Both the position numbers and the translations under genes were made by a program. The notes below the pieces were generated by a model that saw only the letters and a list, made by a program, of their open reading frames with translations, searched no databases and had not been told where the DNA came from. A stretch of 64,000 nucleotides of DNA from Tubiluchus corallicola (taxonomy: Eukaryota > Animalia > Priapulida): assembly GCA_030141605.1 (NCBI GenBank), contig JAQGDQ010000492.1, positions 62,001 to 126,000 of the forward strand, read 5' to 3'. Below are positions 1 to 15,131 of the stretch, in pieces (the first letter of the stretch is position 1; the number at the start of each line of letters is the position of its first letter).

Positions 1-1059
1 TCTTGTTGCTAAATCCTTCTTACGTTTATCGAGATCATTGAAATAAGCCTTCCGAGAAGGTTTGACCTTTTTTCTAAACTTTTAACTTCTTATAACGTGA
101 AAAAATATAACGTTTTGTCTACTAAACACGATCAATTTTAGCCAGTGAACTTGAACTTGTGTTTTCTAGCATAAAATAAACATAAAATAGCTGCCCTGTG
201 TCAACTACACTGTCACTGATCTTTGTGGAAAGTTCTGATATGTTCGAATAAAATGGATGAAATGATCTATGAAATTACATAACTTGATCTACTTACTTAT
301 TTGTTATGTTACCTAGTTGCAACTCATTCATATTTAACAATAAAATTATATTTTGGTGACTGCCACTGACGCTGTAATGTATATTTCGTCATGTATAACA
401 AGATTTTTCTATATCATCGTCATCCGTAGAATATGTGAAAGCAATTTTTACAACTCTGTAAGTTCAGCAAACACTTTTATAAGAGATGAATTGTGAATTT
501 GGTTAATTGGCAATTATAATATTTTATACAAGATTTTGGTAATGATAATTTTGGTCAATTTTAATTCAACAACAATAATAATACTCATTTTAATCTGCAG
601 AATTTTGTTAACTATAATTTCGTCAGATTACATCAGTTTGTTTGTGATGAACTGATTTCTTTTGAAAATATAAATCTTGTGATAAATTCGTGAACCAACA
701 AACAAGCTTTGAAAAAACAACAACAGAAGGTGAATGAAAACACAATGAGTAAGTAAATAAGTAAAAAAACTTATAAATTAATAAAGTATCGATGAAGAAA
801 TTAAGGAAAATAAACAGCGTATCATTGAATAACGGCTCAAGTAAATGTTTTACTGATGGTGACTGGTTGAAGAAAATACTGGAAATATCGAACTAATAGG
901 CAGACAAGCAAATAAATAAACAAAGAGTGAAACAGACAGACAGATTTGATTTGAATCTTTATTTCAAACCTTGTTCATTTAAAAAAAATTGTAACACAGC
1001 ATACACAACACGTATTACAAAAAAGAAAACAAATCAATAAAGCCTCGTTCATATAAAAA

Positions 1060-1230
1060 TGACAGACAGACAGATGGACAAACCAACAAACAAACAGACA
1101 GTCAGACAGACACACAGACAGACAGACAGACAGACAAGACATACAGACAGGTAGACAGATAGAAAGACATATAGACAAACAGACAGGCAGATAAACAAAC
1201 AGACAGACAGACAAACAAAAACAAGCAAAC
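1060..1230. repeat. Degenerate (CAGA)n/(CAAA)n microsatellite
   Basis: Visible cagacagacaga runs; explains the C/L/S/V-rich minus-strand ORFs at 975-1337. Confidence 0.9.
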
Positions 1231-1340
1231 TTGCGAATGAAAGCAAAACGGGCAGCGAACAAAAAAACGACAAAATTGGAAAATTTTTGTAAAAAACACT
1301 TTTTTGAAAACTCAATACACCCATTCATATATTCCAAATG

Positions 1341-1495
1341 AGGGTAGTGATCTCCACTAATGTAATCTGATAAACAGCGATTGTACTCCTGTTCATATAT
1401 CTCATGAGGAATTTAAATATTGTTACCCCTTGGTGTCAGTAAACCTTATTAATGTAGCTTTGTACCGAGCCACCATTGCGAAAAAAATCACTAAT
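1341..1495 (+). promoter_or_regulatory. Conserved non-coding block upstream of LRR gene A
   Basis: Aligns by eye with 8580-8748 upstream of gene B (agggtagtgatct vs agggcagtgatct; tacccc..gtcagtaaacc vs tacccc..gtcagcaaacc) at similar distance from the ATG (366 vs 397 nt). Confidence 0.55.
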
Positions 1496-1706
1496 AAATA
1501 CCATAATTTCCTAAAAATTAAAAGCCCCTGTAAAGTGTAGGCAGTTATAGCTCATTCACAGGACTGTTATCAGAGTAACAGTGCAGTTCAAACTTGAACT
1601 TGAATGTGCATAATATTGATCTAATTTATTACTTTATTTCAAATATAAGTATTCTGTTAAACGAAGAGTGATACTAATCATTACAGTTGTGAGAGATTCA
1701 CATACG

Positions 1707-2409
1707 ATGAGTAAGGTGTTAAGATTCGCAAGTTTAAATCTATGTCTATGGCTCACTATGGTCTGCACAGCTCAAAAAGACATCTACCCTCCAAAGCTAC
1801 TGTGCACACATCTGACAAGGACCTGCGACGCAGCAATCCAACGGTATCGCTGCATTATTGACTGTCCTCTTAGTCGTGACGAGTTTGTCAGTGGCGGCGT
1901 CTGTGGTCCATTTCTGACCACTTGTGAGTACAGGGATTTCGATCGATGTACCATCATCTGTGGTGGGTCAGGCCGCAGACTCTACGCCGGGGATTTATAT
2001 GAGATAGAGGAGTCTCTTCCAGAGTTCGTCAACCGACTCATTATCGAGAACTACGCAGAGCAACTTCTACCACCAACTTTTCTCAAAGACAAATTTCTTC
2101 AGGAGTTGGTCATCATGTTTTCTGACATTGTGGAACTTGCTGAAGCTTTCGTATTTGGCGAAAGCCACAGGGTGTCAATATTGTCCAATCAGCTTCTGGC
2201 AAGGGTACATCCTAGGGCGTTTTCCAGGATGACCGAGCTGACCCGCATCACGTTTACTGATAATCCCAAATTGGAGCTAGTCAACTTGGACTTGAGAAAC
2301 AACGAGGAGATTCAAATCATGGAGTTTAACAAAGGCAACATTGAACATATGAAAATACCCATACTGCCGGTTAGGGTCCTACCTCAGGATGTATTCCTAT
2401 CCATACTGG
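1707..2409 (+). CDS. LRR gene A exon 1: signal peptide, Cys-rich N-cap, LRR array
   Basis: ATG 1707 (MSKVLRFASLNLCLWLTMVCTAQ, signal-like); LRR motifs such as LARVHPRAFSRMTELTRITF; phase-1 donor G|gtaatt at 2409/2410; close paralog of 8977-9655. Confidence 0.9.
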
Positions 2410-2589
2410 GTAATTATTGCACTTCTGTACCTTATAACTTCTGTAGCAGTATGACTTTTGTATGACCAGGCGAACTGTCCAGCGTTACTGGGAATAGTTT
2501 TTTCCCATTTGGGAATCTATAAGTTTTGGGAATGTGTTATTTGTTTGTTTACAAACTGAACAAACAACCGAAAATTTCATACGTGCGTA

Positions 2590-2747
2590 ATTTCAATAAC
2601 TTCAAAATATATAAAATCCACTGTAGATTGAATCCTTGGAAATTTTCTTTTTGTAACCGAATCGTAGACATTTGGAACTGTTCACCTTATGACACAATTA
2701 ATGCCTCCAACGTTAAAGTTTTTGCATTATTGTTAGGAAAAACTTGA
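2590..2747 (+). mobile_element. Degenerate CR1/L2-type LINE 3' fragment in gene A intron
   Basis: Translation FSFCNRIVDIWNCSPYDTINASNVKVF resembles the FSxRVVxxWNxLP...VxAxSVxxFK C-terminal motif of CR1/L2-group ORF2. Confidence 0.65.
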
Positions 2748-3039
2748 TGCACCATTGCAATTTGATCATAACTTTTAACAGATGACCACTTGTAAGTGCA
2801 CGGTGGCGACTCCTCTTTCTCTCGTAGTTAATACTGCATTGGAAAGAATCAAATTAATCAATCAAGGGTGATGAACTTTTATGTCCACTATCAACGATAA
2901 AACGCAGTAGGCTAATATTTAAGTGTCTTATATGCATCGGAATAATCAATGTAGAGATTTAATGTATGCCTGCAAATTTCTCACTAATAATGTAAACTAG
3001 CAAAAATGTGTGCCTGTAATAAATATTAAAAATCAAAAT

Positions 3040-3165
3040 GATGAGGATGATGATGTCGACGACGACGATGACGACGACGACGACGACGACGACAATGATA
3101 ATAATGATGATAATGATGATTACGAGAACAACAACGACGACGACGATGATGCTGATGATGAACTG
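3040..3165. repeat. (GAC/GAT)n trinucleotide microsatellite
   Basis: Direct reading; intronic. Confidence 0.9.
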
Positions 3166-3493
3166 ATGTAACCATGAATTATTGCATGTGATATAATTGG
3201 TTCTGGGTTATGATTCGTAGAATGTTTTTAGGCATTGCTAATTTTTCTCAAATTTTTGCTTACTTGCCACGTGTGAAACTCGATCTTGTTGCTAATCAGC
3301 CAAGGATTCTGGACTAATAAAATGATACTATTTAAAACCTTTAATAAGTTTTCTGCAATTTGTCATTCAAAAATCTCTCACTTGAAGGATGGCTGCAGAA
3401 CTTGGGATATAGCAGCAATAAAAATTACAACCAAACAAAATTAAATATAATGTGCGATACTGTGTTTCATTACTAATATTTAATTTCTTGCAG

Positions 3494-6400
3494 AAAATCC
3501 ACTTATCTGTGACTGCTCTATGATCTGGACGAAAGCCCTCGAATGGAGAGAATCCAGAATCGATTGCAAAGATCCACCAAGAAAGTGGTTGGAAAACGAA
3601 GTTACACTCAAAGATTTTGAATGTGTTCAGCAAATCGTAAGACCTTTACAAATTGTAGAAGAGCCTGGAATACGCTTAGAAAGAAACTTGGAAATACTGC
3701 AAGCACCTAGTGGATTAGTGCCACCGCTCCAGGAAGCAACGACAGTGTCCACAACCGAAGAAACAATAGCACATTTAACAGGGGAAACAACAAACCTTTT
3801 TCAGGACAGAACAACAATAACATTAACACAAAGTGAAGCAACATCAACGCCATCATTGGATGAAGTATCATCATTACCGTCAACACCAGAAGAAACAGTG
3901 AACATTTTTGAGATCCAACCATCCAACCATACAACAATCCAACCATCAGATGAAACACCAACAGCAATGTCAGGTGAAGAAACAAGACCAACACTTGAAC
4001 GAAGAACCCCAGAGTCAGAAGAAACAAGACCAACACTTGAACGAGAAACCCCAGAGTCAGAAGAAACAACACCAACACTTGAACGAGAAACCCCAGAGTC
4101 AGAAGAAACAACACCAACACTTGAACGAGGAACCCCAGAGTCAGAAGAAGCAACACCAACACTTGAACGAGGAACCCCGGAGTCAGAAGAAACAACACCA
4201 ACACTTGAACGAGAAACCCCAGAGTCAGAAGAAACAACACCAACACTTGAACGAGAAACCCCAGAGTCAGAAGAAACAACACCAACACTTGAACGAGAAA
4301 CCCCAGAGTCAGAAGAAACAACACCAACACTTGAACGAGAAACCCCAGAGTCAGAAGAAACAACACCAACACTTGAACGAGGAACCCCAGAGTCAGAAGA
4401 AACAACCATTCTAGTGACTGGTGAATTAACAAACTTGGTCATCCAAGAGACAACAGCAGAAGCTGCAACAACAACATCAGACGGCACTGTACCTTCATCA
4501 ACAGAAGAAACGATATCTACATCGAAAGAATTCATGCTGAGATCTACCAAGGGAGAAAAAACAACACAGTTCTTGGACGAGTCGACTCACTCAGTTTCAA
4601 TACCATCAGAGGAGACAGCAACGCTGGTACCAGATAGAATAGCAACACAGTTATTTGACGAAACAGCGACAGTGACTGAAACTGACACAACAACAGAACT
4701 GGCGTTGTCTGATGGAACAACAGACACTTTCAAAGGAGAAACAAAAGTACAGAAGGCCGAGGAGATAATGACCATGCCAACACAGAATGAAAGACTGACA
4801 TCAACATCAGCCAAAGCAACAACATTAGCAGGAGGATTCAAAGAGGCTACAACTTCGTCACTTACTCTAACATCACCACCAGACTTACAGAATGCGACAA
4901 CAGAAGAAACAATGATATCAACTACACAACAAACAATAAGCAAAACTATGGGCGCTGGAACAGAACAAATACCACAAGAAACATCAGAAGAAGGAGCAGT
5001 ATTGACATCAGTTCTATCAACAGCTGAACTATTTATAGAAACTACAGCAACAGCACCAGCCGAAATTACGCAAGAATTACCGGAAGTGTCTCAAACGATG
5101 CTGCCACCAAAGGAAGCAACAGCAACACAAAGAGTATATGAAACAGTAACAATGCCAACAGTAACTTCCACAGCAGATAGTCTTGAGGTAACAAGAGCAG
5201 TGGGTGTTACAATATTTGGACTAGCAGATGAAACAATGCTGATACTAAAAGAGACTGCAGCACCAACATTACAGGACAGAACAATAAATGTAGATGAAGG
5301 AACAATGATGCAAACAGCTACACCAATGCAAAACACAACAGCACCACCTTTACTGACACAAACAACAGCAGCAACACCAACATTGGAACAAACAACAATA
5401 ATAGCATTTCAGGAGGCAGTTACAGCTACAGTACACACAGAAACAACTACAAATTTAACAAACGAATCAATAATGCCAATCCTGGCAAAAACCACTGGAG
5501 CTAATAAATCAACAATGACACCAGCATTTGAAACGATAATGCCACTATCAATATTAGATGACATAACATCAACTACTCATCCACAGACAACAACTGAAAT
5601 GACTGAAGAATTTACAAGAACAATAAAATCGTCTGAAGAAATAACAACTCAAACACCAGCTGCTCCAACTACAAGAAAGCAAATGCTGCAAGAGGCAACA
5701 ACATCTGGATTATCTACAGTAGTGGAACAATCTGAAATATCACTTCGTACAAAATCTGTAAGAACAACAACAGCTGATGGTTTAATAGCAACACAAACTT
5801 TTGACAATTTATTAGACCCACCAAATGAAACAAGTCCTTTACCTAGTGAGACAAAGTCACCAGATGAGACAAGTCCTTTACCTAGTGAGACAAAGTCACC
5901 AGATGAGACAAGTCATTTACCTAGTGAGACAAAGTCACCAGATGAAACAAGTCCTTTACCTAGTGAGACAAAGTCACCAGATGAGACAAGTCCTTTACCT
6001 AGTGAGACAAAGTCACCAGATGAGACAAGTCCTTTACCTAGTGAGACAAAGTCACCAGATGAAACAAGTCCTTTACCTAGTGAGACAAAGTCACCAGATG
6101 AGACAAGTCCTTTACCTAGTGAGACAAAGTCACCAGATGAGACAAGTCCTTTACCTAGTGAGACAAAGTCACCAGATGAGACAAGACCTCTACTTAACAA
6201 AACAATCTCAAGTGATAAAACAGAGCCTATGCTGGAGGACATTCTATCACACCCCGAGAGAAACAATGATGATGGTGCCATTCCCAGTCAAATAGTAAAT
6301 GTTAATGCTAATAACAACGATAGTGGAACAGTGAGTAAAAGCAGTGATAATGAACCAGTGCAAATCAATGTGAGTAAAAGTAGTGATGATGAACCGGCGC

Positions 6401-6990
6401 AAATCAGCGTGGTTAGAAGTAGCGATGATGAACCTGGGCAAATCAGAGTGAGCAAAAGTAGTGATGATGAACCAGAGCAAATCAGTGTGAGCAAAAGTAG
6501 TGATGATGAACCAGAGCAAATCAGTGTGAGCAAAAGTAGTGATGATGAACCAGAGCAAATCAGTGTGAGCAAAAGTGATCAAAAATCGACAGGTAGCAAA
6601 AGCAATGGAAAGGAAGCCAAAAATAAAGGCGGCAAAAGCAAAAAAGCCAAAGGCAGGAAAAAGAGCAAGAAGGCCACCGCTGGAAAAAGAACCTACCATT
6701 CCAGACAATCTGGAGACAGTCAGAGAACAAGGGCTATTTTGGACATTGTCAGTCAAATACATGAACAAGACCGGACAAAGAATAAGGCTACCCGACAAAC
6801 TTATATAATAAAAATACCTAAAAGCTTTACAGGCAAGCGTAAATACACTAAAGTAATACAACGTAAACAACTTCGTAATGCCAGTCGTTTCAAAGCGGGC
6901 AAATCTAAAAAATTCACTTCTCATGGTAGAAGGATATCGTTTCGTCGGATCGCCAGAAACCCTTACGGCAGAAGACAACTTTTTGTTTAA
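3494..6990 (+). CDS. LRR gene A exon 2: LRRCT, T/E/S/P-rich mucin domain, K/R-rich tail (spliced product about 1399 aa, predicted secreted)
   Basis: Acceptor ttcttgcag|aa at 3493/3494 joins exon 1 in frame to give E-NPLICDCSMIW; open to TAA 6990; coding repeats of 42 bp (~3975-4405), 39 bp (~5820-6190) and 39 bp (~6330-6580); no transmembrane segment. Confidence 0.9.
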
Positions 6991-7959
6991 AAGTCATGAT
7001 TAATATGGCGACTCAGCACGACAAAAATTATGGAAATAGTGAAAGGAACAATTTTAATGTTTCTTTTGCTGTTCGTCATCTAACGAATGTAGCTAACACG
7101 GTTAGAAAGTTTTCTCTTTATAGCAATGTAAGTTTTTTTCTCATAAGTACATGGTCTGTCAACAGGCTAGTTGATAACTTTGGGAAAGAAATGAAATTCC
7201 TGATAGTTTCTCGAAATTTTTTGTTTGATCGTTACCAACTATATGCTACCTTGCTAACGACATAAGCTAGAATGTCATTTTTAGACAGATACTTCTGTGT
7301 TAATTAGCAATTATTTTAGAGTAAGAGCGGGTAAGAGTACTCACCTAAGAATTGTCATAACAATAAAATGGAACATTGATATCATGTCTCAGTTTCCAAT
7401 ATTTTTGTCGAAAGGAAATATTTATAATACAGGTGATGCTCGAAGGAAAAAACTCGACTGCAATAAACTGTTTTGGTATTAAGAAGACTTAAAAAAATAT
7501 GTTCACTTTGGGAATATTTATAGTAAATTACAATACCATCATTTTCGAATATTTTTGGTTTACTATTTTATTTTTTTCTGTGCACCATTCTGTATCTAAC
7601 AACATCAAGTTCCAATTTGCTCACTATTTGTTTAAATTGAATTGTTATAGTTTTCATGTAGATACAAAAACAAATTATAAAAATTAATGTTACTTACTAT
7701 ATACCATGTGAAAGAATAGTTGATAAAAGTTATTGCCTAGTAAATATTGAACCACAAAGATATTTGAAGGTGGCTTTGTTTCAACTTCAGTATTAATGCA
7801 AATGAACCGTGCACTATCAAGCGAATGAATGAAATAAATACATACATAGATGTGTGAGCGAATGGATTAGAATAACTTGCACAATGCGTATAAACATATC
7901 AATATACGAATAAAAAATGAAAGTGCAACTAACAAACAGACATGCAGATACACAGAGAA

Positions 7960-8412
<453 letters not shown>

Positions 8413-8579
8413 TAAGTAAAAGCAATCAAATAAACCAAAAAACTGGAAAAACAAACAAATAATTAAAGTGTAAACGAATTAAGTAACGTAAACAACAATT
8501 GGGGATAAAAACATACAGACAGATAACGAATTTCGTCTTTTTAAAGATGGAAACTTTCACTTTTTAGAAGTCTTTTAGA

Positions 8580-8748
8580 AGGGCAGTGATCTACGGTGTT
8601 ATCTGGTGAATAGCCCTTACGCTCCCTTTCACAATCTTGACCACAAACAAACGTTTAAACTCAATCAATGTGTCGCTACCCCCAGCGTCAGCAAACCATG
8701 CTAATATTTGCTTTATGCAAAACCAGCATGCCGAAAAAATGCACTTAA
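8580..8748 (+). promoter_or_regulatory. Conserved non-coding block upstream of LRR gene B
   Basis: Paralogous to 1341-1495. Confidence 0.55.
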
Positions 8749-8976
8749 CACTTCAACTTTGAACAATTTAAAAGCTCAGAGAAGTAGAAATTAAGAGTTC
8801 ATTCAAGAAAACGGTGAAAGTCCTTTGTCAGACGTTCAGTGCTGTCGAAACTTTAGTGCCTGATACACGAGAAAAGAATAATCTGAGCAGAATAGAGAAT
8901 AGGCTTTTCCTGTTCTCTACAAGATCCTGTTCACACTGGTAAAACTGTTCTAAAAATAGGTGTACCTACTTACGTA

Positions 8977-9655
8977 ATGGGGGAAGTGTTCACACATGTT
9001 TGCTCAACATTTTTTTTACTGTTATCTGTGATCTGTACAATTCAAGGACAAAAATGTCGTCTCCTGCCTTTCTGTGATCAGGCCGCAATTCTATATCGAT
9101 GCATCATTGACTGTCCTTTGTACGCAGAACATGTAGTCCAAGGAAGCATCTGTGGTCCATTCTTGACAACCTGTGAGTACGAGTACTTTTATCAGTGCTC
9201 CATCATCTGCGGCCAAAATCGAAGACTCTATAGTGGGGACTTGGCCGAAATAGCTGAATCTCTTCCTGGACTCACCAACCGACTGATTGTCGAGAATTAT
9301 GCAGAGCCACTTCTGCCCGCAAATTTCCTCTATGGAAAGTTCATCCACGAGTTGGTCATCGTGTTTTCCAAAATCGTAGAACTCGGTGAAGGTTCCATAC
9401 AAGGTAACGTCGGCCGCGTGTCAATACTGTCTAATGAGCAGCTGAGAAGAGTCCACCCCAGGGCATTTTCCAGGATGACGGAACTGAGAAGGATAACGTT
9501 TACAGACAATCCTTCCTTGCAGAGTGCCGATTTGGATTTGAGGAACAATCAAAAAGTACAGATCATTGAGTTTCATAAAGGGGACATTGATAATATGAAG
9601 GTGCCTATCCTGCCATCACAGCTGCGACCACAAGACTTGTTCATTGCCCTACTAG
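8977..9655 (+). CDS. LRR gene B exon 1: signal peptide, Cys-rich N-cap, LRR array
   Basis: MGEVFTHVCSTFFLLLSVICTIQG signal-like; shares CIIDCPL, CGPFLTTCEY, VHPRAFSRMTEL with gene A; phase-1 donor G|gtaagt at 9655/9656. Confidence 0.92.
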
Positions 9656-10055
9656 GTAAGTCACCATTTCAGTGCTTTTTTAGGTAAATAATTGAAAAAA
9701 ACAAGAAATCGAAAATACAACAAGTTACATACAACTTAGGCAAACAAAGCTTAATGTTACTGTGCTTATACGTAGGCCTACTGTTGATTGTTTTTATTAT
9801 TGTTGTTGTTGCTTTTAATGGCACTGTTCCTATTGCTAATGTTGTTGTTGTTGTGACTGCTCCTACCAATGCATTTATTGCTCACGTTGGTGGTAATCAT
9901 TGCAACGGTTGTTTGTATTTGCTACTACGCTTTTGTAGTTCTTTCTGTCACAGTAAATTAAAAATTTAATGCTAAAGCTGCAGAATATACAAGGCCAAAA
10001 GTTCACATAGAGGGAATGGATACAGGGTGTTCTGTTCAGCAACAAACGTGCATAG

Positions 10056-10484
10056 TATAGGGTGGCGCAGAAAAACTGTACCGAAACTGAGGCTACAATA
10101 ATATTACAATAACGTAACAATAATATTTGAAATTTCACTGTGTGATATTACAGTGTATTGGTGTTTTGCCGTGAAAACGTTTACACTTTTAGCGGTTTTT
10201 AGATTAGAGCTGAAAAAGATGCACGCTAAAACTTGAAAACGAATAATGACACTTAAACATCGATTGAAAACCGTCACATTGACGTATAAAGCACACAGTA
10301 CAGGGCTTTATTTCTTTCGACTTGTTTGCTGATCTAAAACTCCTGTATCTTTGGCCAAAACTAAAGAGATAACTTGAAATTTTCTGTGCTTTTAAACAAA
10401 CGTCTGTGACATCAGTGTGATAATTTTCAGGTGATTTCGTTGCTCATGACGAAAACTTCAGCAATTTTTGGACCACCTTTATAT
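10056..10484. mobile_element. Possible degenerate Tc1/mariner-type MITE in gene B intron
   Basis: Left end tatagggtggcgcagaaaaa resembles reverse complement of right end (tataaaggtggtccaaaaa); TA flanks; imperfect match. Confidence 0.35.
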
Positions 10485-11257
10485 ATATATATATATATTG
10501 CGCGCCCGTCTCTTCTCAGTCAGAAAGATTTTTAATATGGTATATTTTATGGGTGTGTCTTGAATGTAAATTTTACGTGTTTTGTACACACTTCGACACG
10601 CTGCAAGTCAGAATCATGCACTCAGTGACAGACCCTAGTCAACGGTGACGTTTATGGCAATACTGGTACCTAGCTCATGTCAAAGACAGTGTTTGTGTTA
10701 AGTGTTAACATGTGCAGTGTTAACATAAACTTACACCAAAAAACATTAACACCAACAAAAGTGACCCAACTATCTTAATGGGTCTGTCTCTGTTCAAGAT
10801 TAAAAACCAGATTCTTATTCCACATACATCCACGCACTCACCACGACATTCCCTAACCAAGGGGTTTGATGCTAATCTTTGAATCCTTTCTCAGCTTCAT
10901 CTGCATACGCCTGCCTTGAGGGATGTTCAGAGTATCACTGAGTTTCTAATAGGTAAAGAATCTAGAGTGGTCTTCTCACTTTTAGTGAGGCGCGAATGCT
11001 AGGCAACGCGCTGATAACGTTTTTCTAAATTTCTGTAGGCTATGCGTCTATGCCGTGAATTTTTTCCTACCTATATTTATGCTGTGAATTTTTCCTGTGC
11101 ATCCACTATGCAAACCATGTTTGAATTATTACAATAAGCAAAAAATTTGAATGTGAAAGGACAAGATTCACGGGAATGTGACTAATTTTGTGCGTTTAAA
11201 TTGGCTACCACTTTATTTAGAGTTATAAAAACTAAAACTGAAATTATTTGTTTGCAG

Positions 11258-14200
11258 ACAATCCACTTATATGCGACTGTTCGATGGTATGGACAAAAGC
11301 CCTCAAGTGGAAAGAATCCAGAATCGACTGCGACGATCCACCAAAAAAGTGGCTGGAGAACGAAATTACACTCAATGATTTTGGATGCGGGCAGCCAGAG
11401 GTTAGAGCATTGGAGGTGATACAGGAGCCTGAATTAAACTCAGCTAAAAACGGACAATCACTGCAAGCATCTGATGATTTAGCATTTGGATTAGATGAAG
11501 CAACAACAGTATTCACAACTGAAATAACAACAGGATCAACGTCAGAAGGAACGACTGATACTTTTGACGAGACATCTACAGCAGTATTCACAACTGAAAT
11601 AACAACAGGATCAACGTCAGAAGGAACGACTGATGCTTTTGACGAGACATCAACTGTACAATCAACTGAAGATAAAACAACAATAGCATCAACACCAAAA
11701 GAAGAAACAATCACACTAGAAATAGGCGAAGAAACAGCAACTTCCGTAATTGATGAATCAACTTCAATCGATAAGTCAACAACACAACCACCTGAGGTAA
11801 CAATTACAACAACTGCGAATGAAAAAACAACTGGTCGAGTAGTAGAACAGACAAATCAACCAGTATTACAACAAGCAACAACAGAAGAGCCAATACCAAC
11901 CATAGACGAAAACATTTTGTCATCACAAGATGAAGTGCTAACATCCACTGCTCAAGAAACAACGACACGAGCATTTTTAGAAAGAACATCAACATCAGAT
12001 GAAGAAATTTTATTGTCCACTGCACAAGAAACAACAACACAATCATTTGAAGGCTCGAGTGAGATGATGCTACAAGAAATAACAGTATCGGATGAAAGAA
12101 CAACTCTGACAGTCGACGAAACAATGAAAGCTCAATTACTCGAAGAAGTAACAACAATGATAGATAAACAAAATACAGCAAATTCGTCTCCAGAAGAATC
12201 AAATATAGTACCATCTGCAGAAACAACCACAACAATAGCAGAACAAGAAACCACAACTCCAGTAGTTGAAGAAACAACTACTATACCATCAGTAGAAACA
12301 GCCACATCTCCAGCAACTGAAGAATCAACTACAGAACCATCAGCAGAAGCAACCACAACAATAGCAGAACGAGAAACCACAACTCCAGTAGTTGAAGAAT
12401 CAACTACATTACCATCAGTAGAAACAGCCACAACAATACCAGAACGAGAAACCACAACTCAAGCTGTTGAAGAATCAAGTATAGTACCATCAGCAGAAAC
12501 AACCACAACAATAGCAGAACAAGAAACCACAACTCCAGTAGTTGAAGAATCAACTACATTACCATCAGTAGAAACAGCCACAACAATAGCAGAACGAGAA
12601 ACCACAACTCAAGCTGTTGAAGAATCAAGTATAGTACCATCAGCAGAAACAACCACAACAATAGCAGAACAAGAAACCACAACTCCAGTAGTTGAAGAAT
12701 CAGCTACTATACCATCAGTAGAAACAGCCACAACTCCAGCAACTGAAGAATCAACTACAGTACCATCAGCAGAAACAACTACAACAATAGCAGAACAAGA
12801 AACCACAACTCCAGTAGTTGAAGAAACAACTACTATACCATCAGTAGAAACCGCCACAACAATACCAGAACGAGAAACCACAACTCAAGCTGTTGAAGAA
12901 TCAAGTATAGTACCATCTGCAGAAACAATCACAACAATAACAGAACAAGAAACTACAACTCCAGTAGTTGAAGAAACAACCACTATACCATCAGTAGAAA
13001 CAGCCGCAACTCCAGCAACTGAAGAATCAACTACAGTACCATCAGCAGAAACAACCACAACAATAGCAGAACGAGAAACCACTACTCCAGTACTTGAAGA
13101 AACAATTACTATACCATCAGTAGAAACAGCCACAACAATACCAGAACGAGAAACCACAACTCAAGCTGTTGAAGAATCAAGTATAGTACCATCTGCAGAA
13201 ACAATTACAACAATAACAGAACAAGAAACCACAACTCCAGTAGTTGAAGAAACAACTACTATACCATCAGTAGAAACAGCCACATCTCCAGCAACTGAAG
13301 AATCAACTACAGTACCATCAGCAGAAACAACCACAACAATAGCAGAACGAGAAACCACTACTCCAGTAGTTGAAGAAACAACTACTATACCATCAGTAGA
13401 AACAGCCACATCTCCAGCAACTGAAGAATCAACTACAGAACCATCAGCAAAAGCAACCACAACAATAGCTGAAAGAACAACAGCACCAATATTGCAAAAA
13501 ACAATATCAGCAACAGATGAGTCTAAAACAACACAACTGCCTGAAGAAAAAACAACACTGGAAACAACTCCAACAGGTGGTGAATCAATAACAATGCAAC
13601 CTAATGAAGAAATAATAACACCAACATTACAAGAAACAACTGCAACAACTAAACAGCCATCTGAAGAGGCAGGAAGTGAAGAAATTACAAGACCAACGTT
13701 AGCGGAAACACTGACACCAAGATTGCAGGGAACTACCTCAACAGCTGGTGGACTGACAACACCAAGACCAGAAACAGAAAGGATTTCCGATGACACAACA
13801 CCACTGCCAGGCGAAACAACATCACCTGATGACACACCATTACCAGGTGAAACAACATCGCCAGACGACACAACACCATTACAAAGTGAAACAAGACCTA
13901 CACTACAGATTGCAACAACAACGCCAGCATTGCAGGAAGCAGCAATACCATCAGGCAACGAAAATGATAATGTCGACCGTGCTGGCCAAGAGAGAAGTGA
14001 AGATGGTAGTGAAATTGTTGCTGAACCTAATATAGTCAACGTCATGAGCACTAGTGACGACCAACCAGTGCAAATAAGTGTGGATAAAAGTAGCCTCGAT
14101 GAACCAGGACAAGTCAGCGTAAGCAAGACTAGCACAAAGGTTAAACAAAGCAAAAGTGGAAAGAAAGGTAAAAAGAAGAGTGGTAAGGGCAAACAAAACA

Positions 14201-14616
14201 AGAAAGGACAAACGAGTAAGAGTAAAAAGAGCGGCATCGTGAAAAAGAAATACTATTCTAAAAAATTCCCTGGCAACAAAGCCAGAGAGATTTTGGACGT
14301 AATCGACAGAATATATAATTATTCAGACCGCAGAAAGAACAAAGCCACTCGTACTTATGTAGTCAGAAAACCAGCTCAGACAAAGAATAAAGTTATTCGA
14401 CGCATTAAGAGGTTAAAAAAGCCTAAACGTTACTTAGGTCCTCGAAGATTCCGTCCAACCACTCAGCGCAAACAGTTTGGAAGCGCACGTCGTCCTAAAG
14501 CATTTAGACCAAAAACCAATTCGAGGATTCATCGTGGTACAAAATTCGCAAATCGCAAAGTCTACAGACAACCTTCTGTACAAAGAAAATTCATTGCCAT
14601 TCGACCTTTAATCTAA
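11258..14616 (+). CDS. LRR gene B exon 2: LRRCT, T/E-rich mucin domain, K/R-rich tail (spliced product about 1345 aa, predicted secreted)
   Basis: Acceptor tttgcag|ac at 11257/11258 gives D-NPLICDCSMVW in frame; 75-bp and 51-bp coding repeats ~12190-13470; open to TAA 14616; no transmembrane segment. Confidence 0.92.
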
Positions 14617-15131
14617 TGTTATTGCTCAACACCGGAAAAATGTCGAAAATGCAATGGACATTCAAGGTAGTAAAACAGTTAATAGGTTTGCAATGTTGTA
14701 ACCAGCGCACATCTATTACAAAATGTAAAAATATCAGCTATGGGAAATCAAAGCTTGTTTAAAATAAATTACAGTGAGTACGAAGCTACTGAGGTTTTTT
14801 TTGAAAAATACTGATAATGCGCAATGACAGTCTTTAAAAATAATGTAGTTTTAATTAACTAGTGATTGGTACTACATAAGCTACTGAGAAATAATACAAT
14901 ACGTAGTTATCTCCAGTAAAAATCATGGGCCGAATTTCAGAAAATGCATGTACTACCACGCTGGTAAGAACGGTAGCCGACAAGAAAAATACAAGACACG
15001 CAAAAAAACTATTTTATCATTTTCAAAAGGACCACACAGTGAGTATTTGATTGAAATTTAGAAATAGAAAAAAATCACAAAAGGAGTGTCTGTTTTTGCT
15101 TTTCCCGACTTTCTTGATTTTCTTAATTCTG

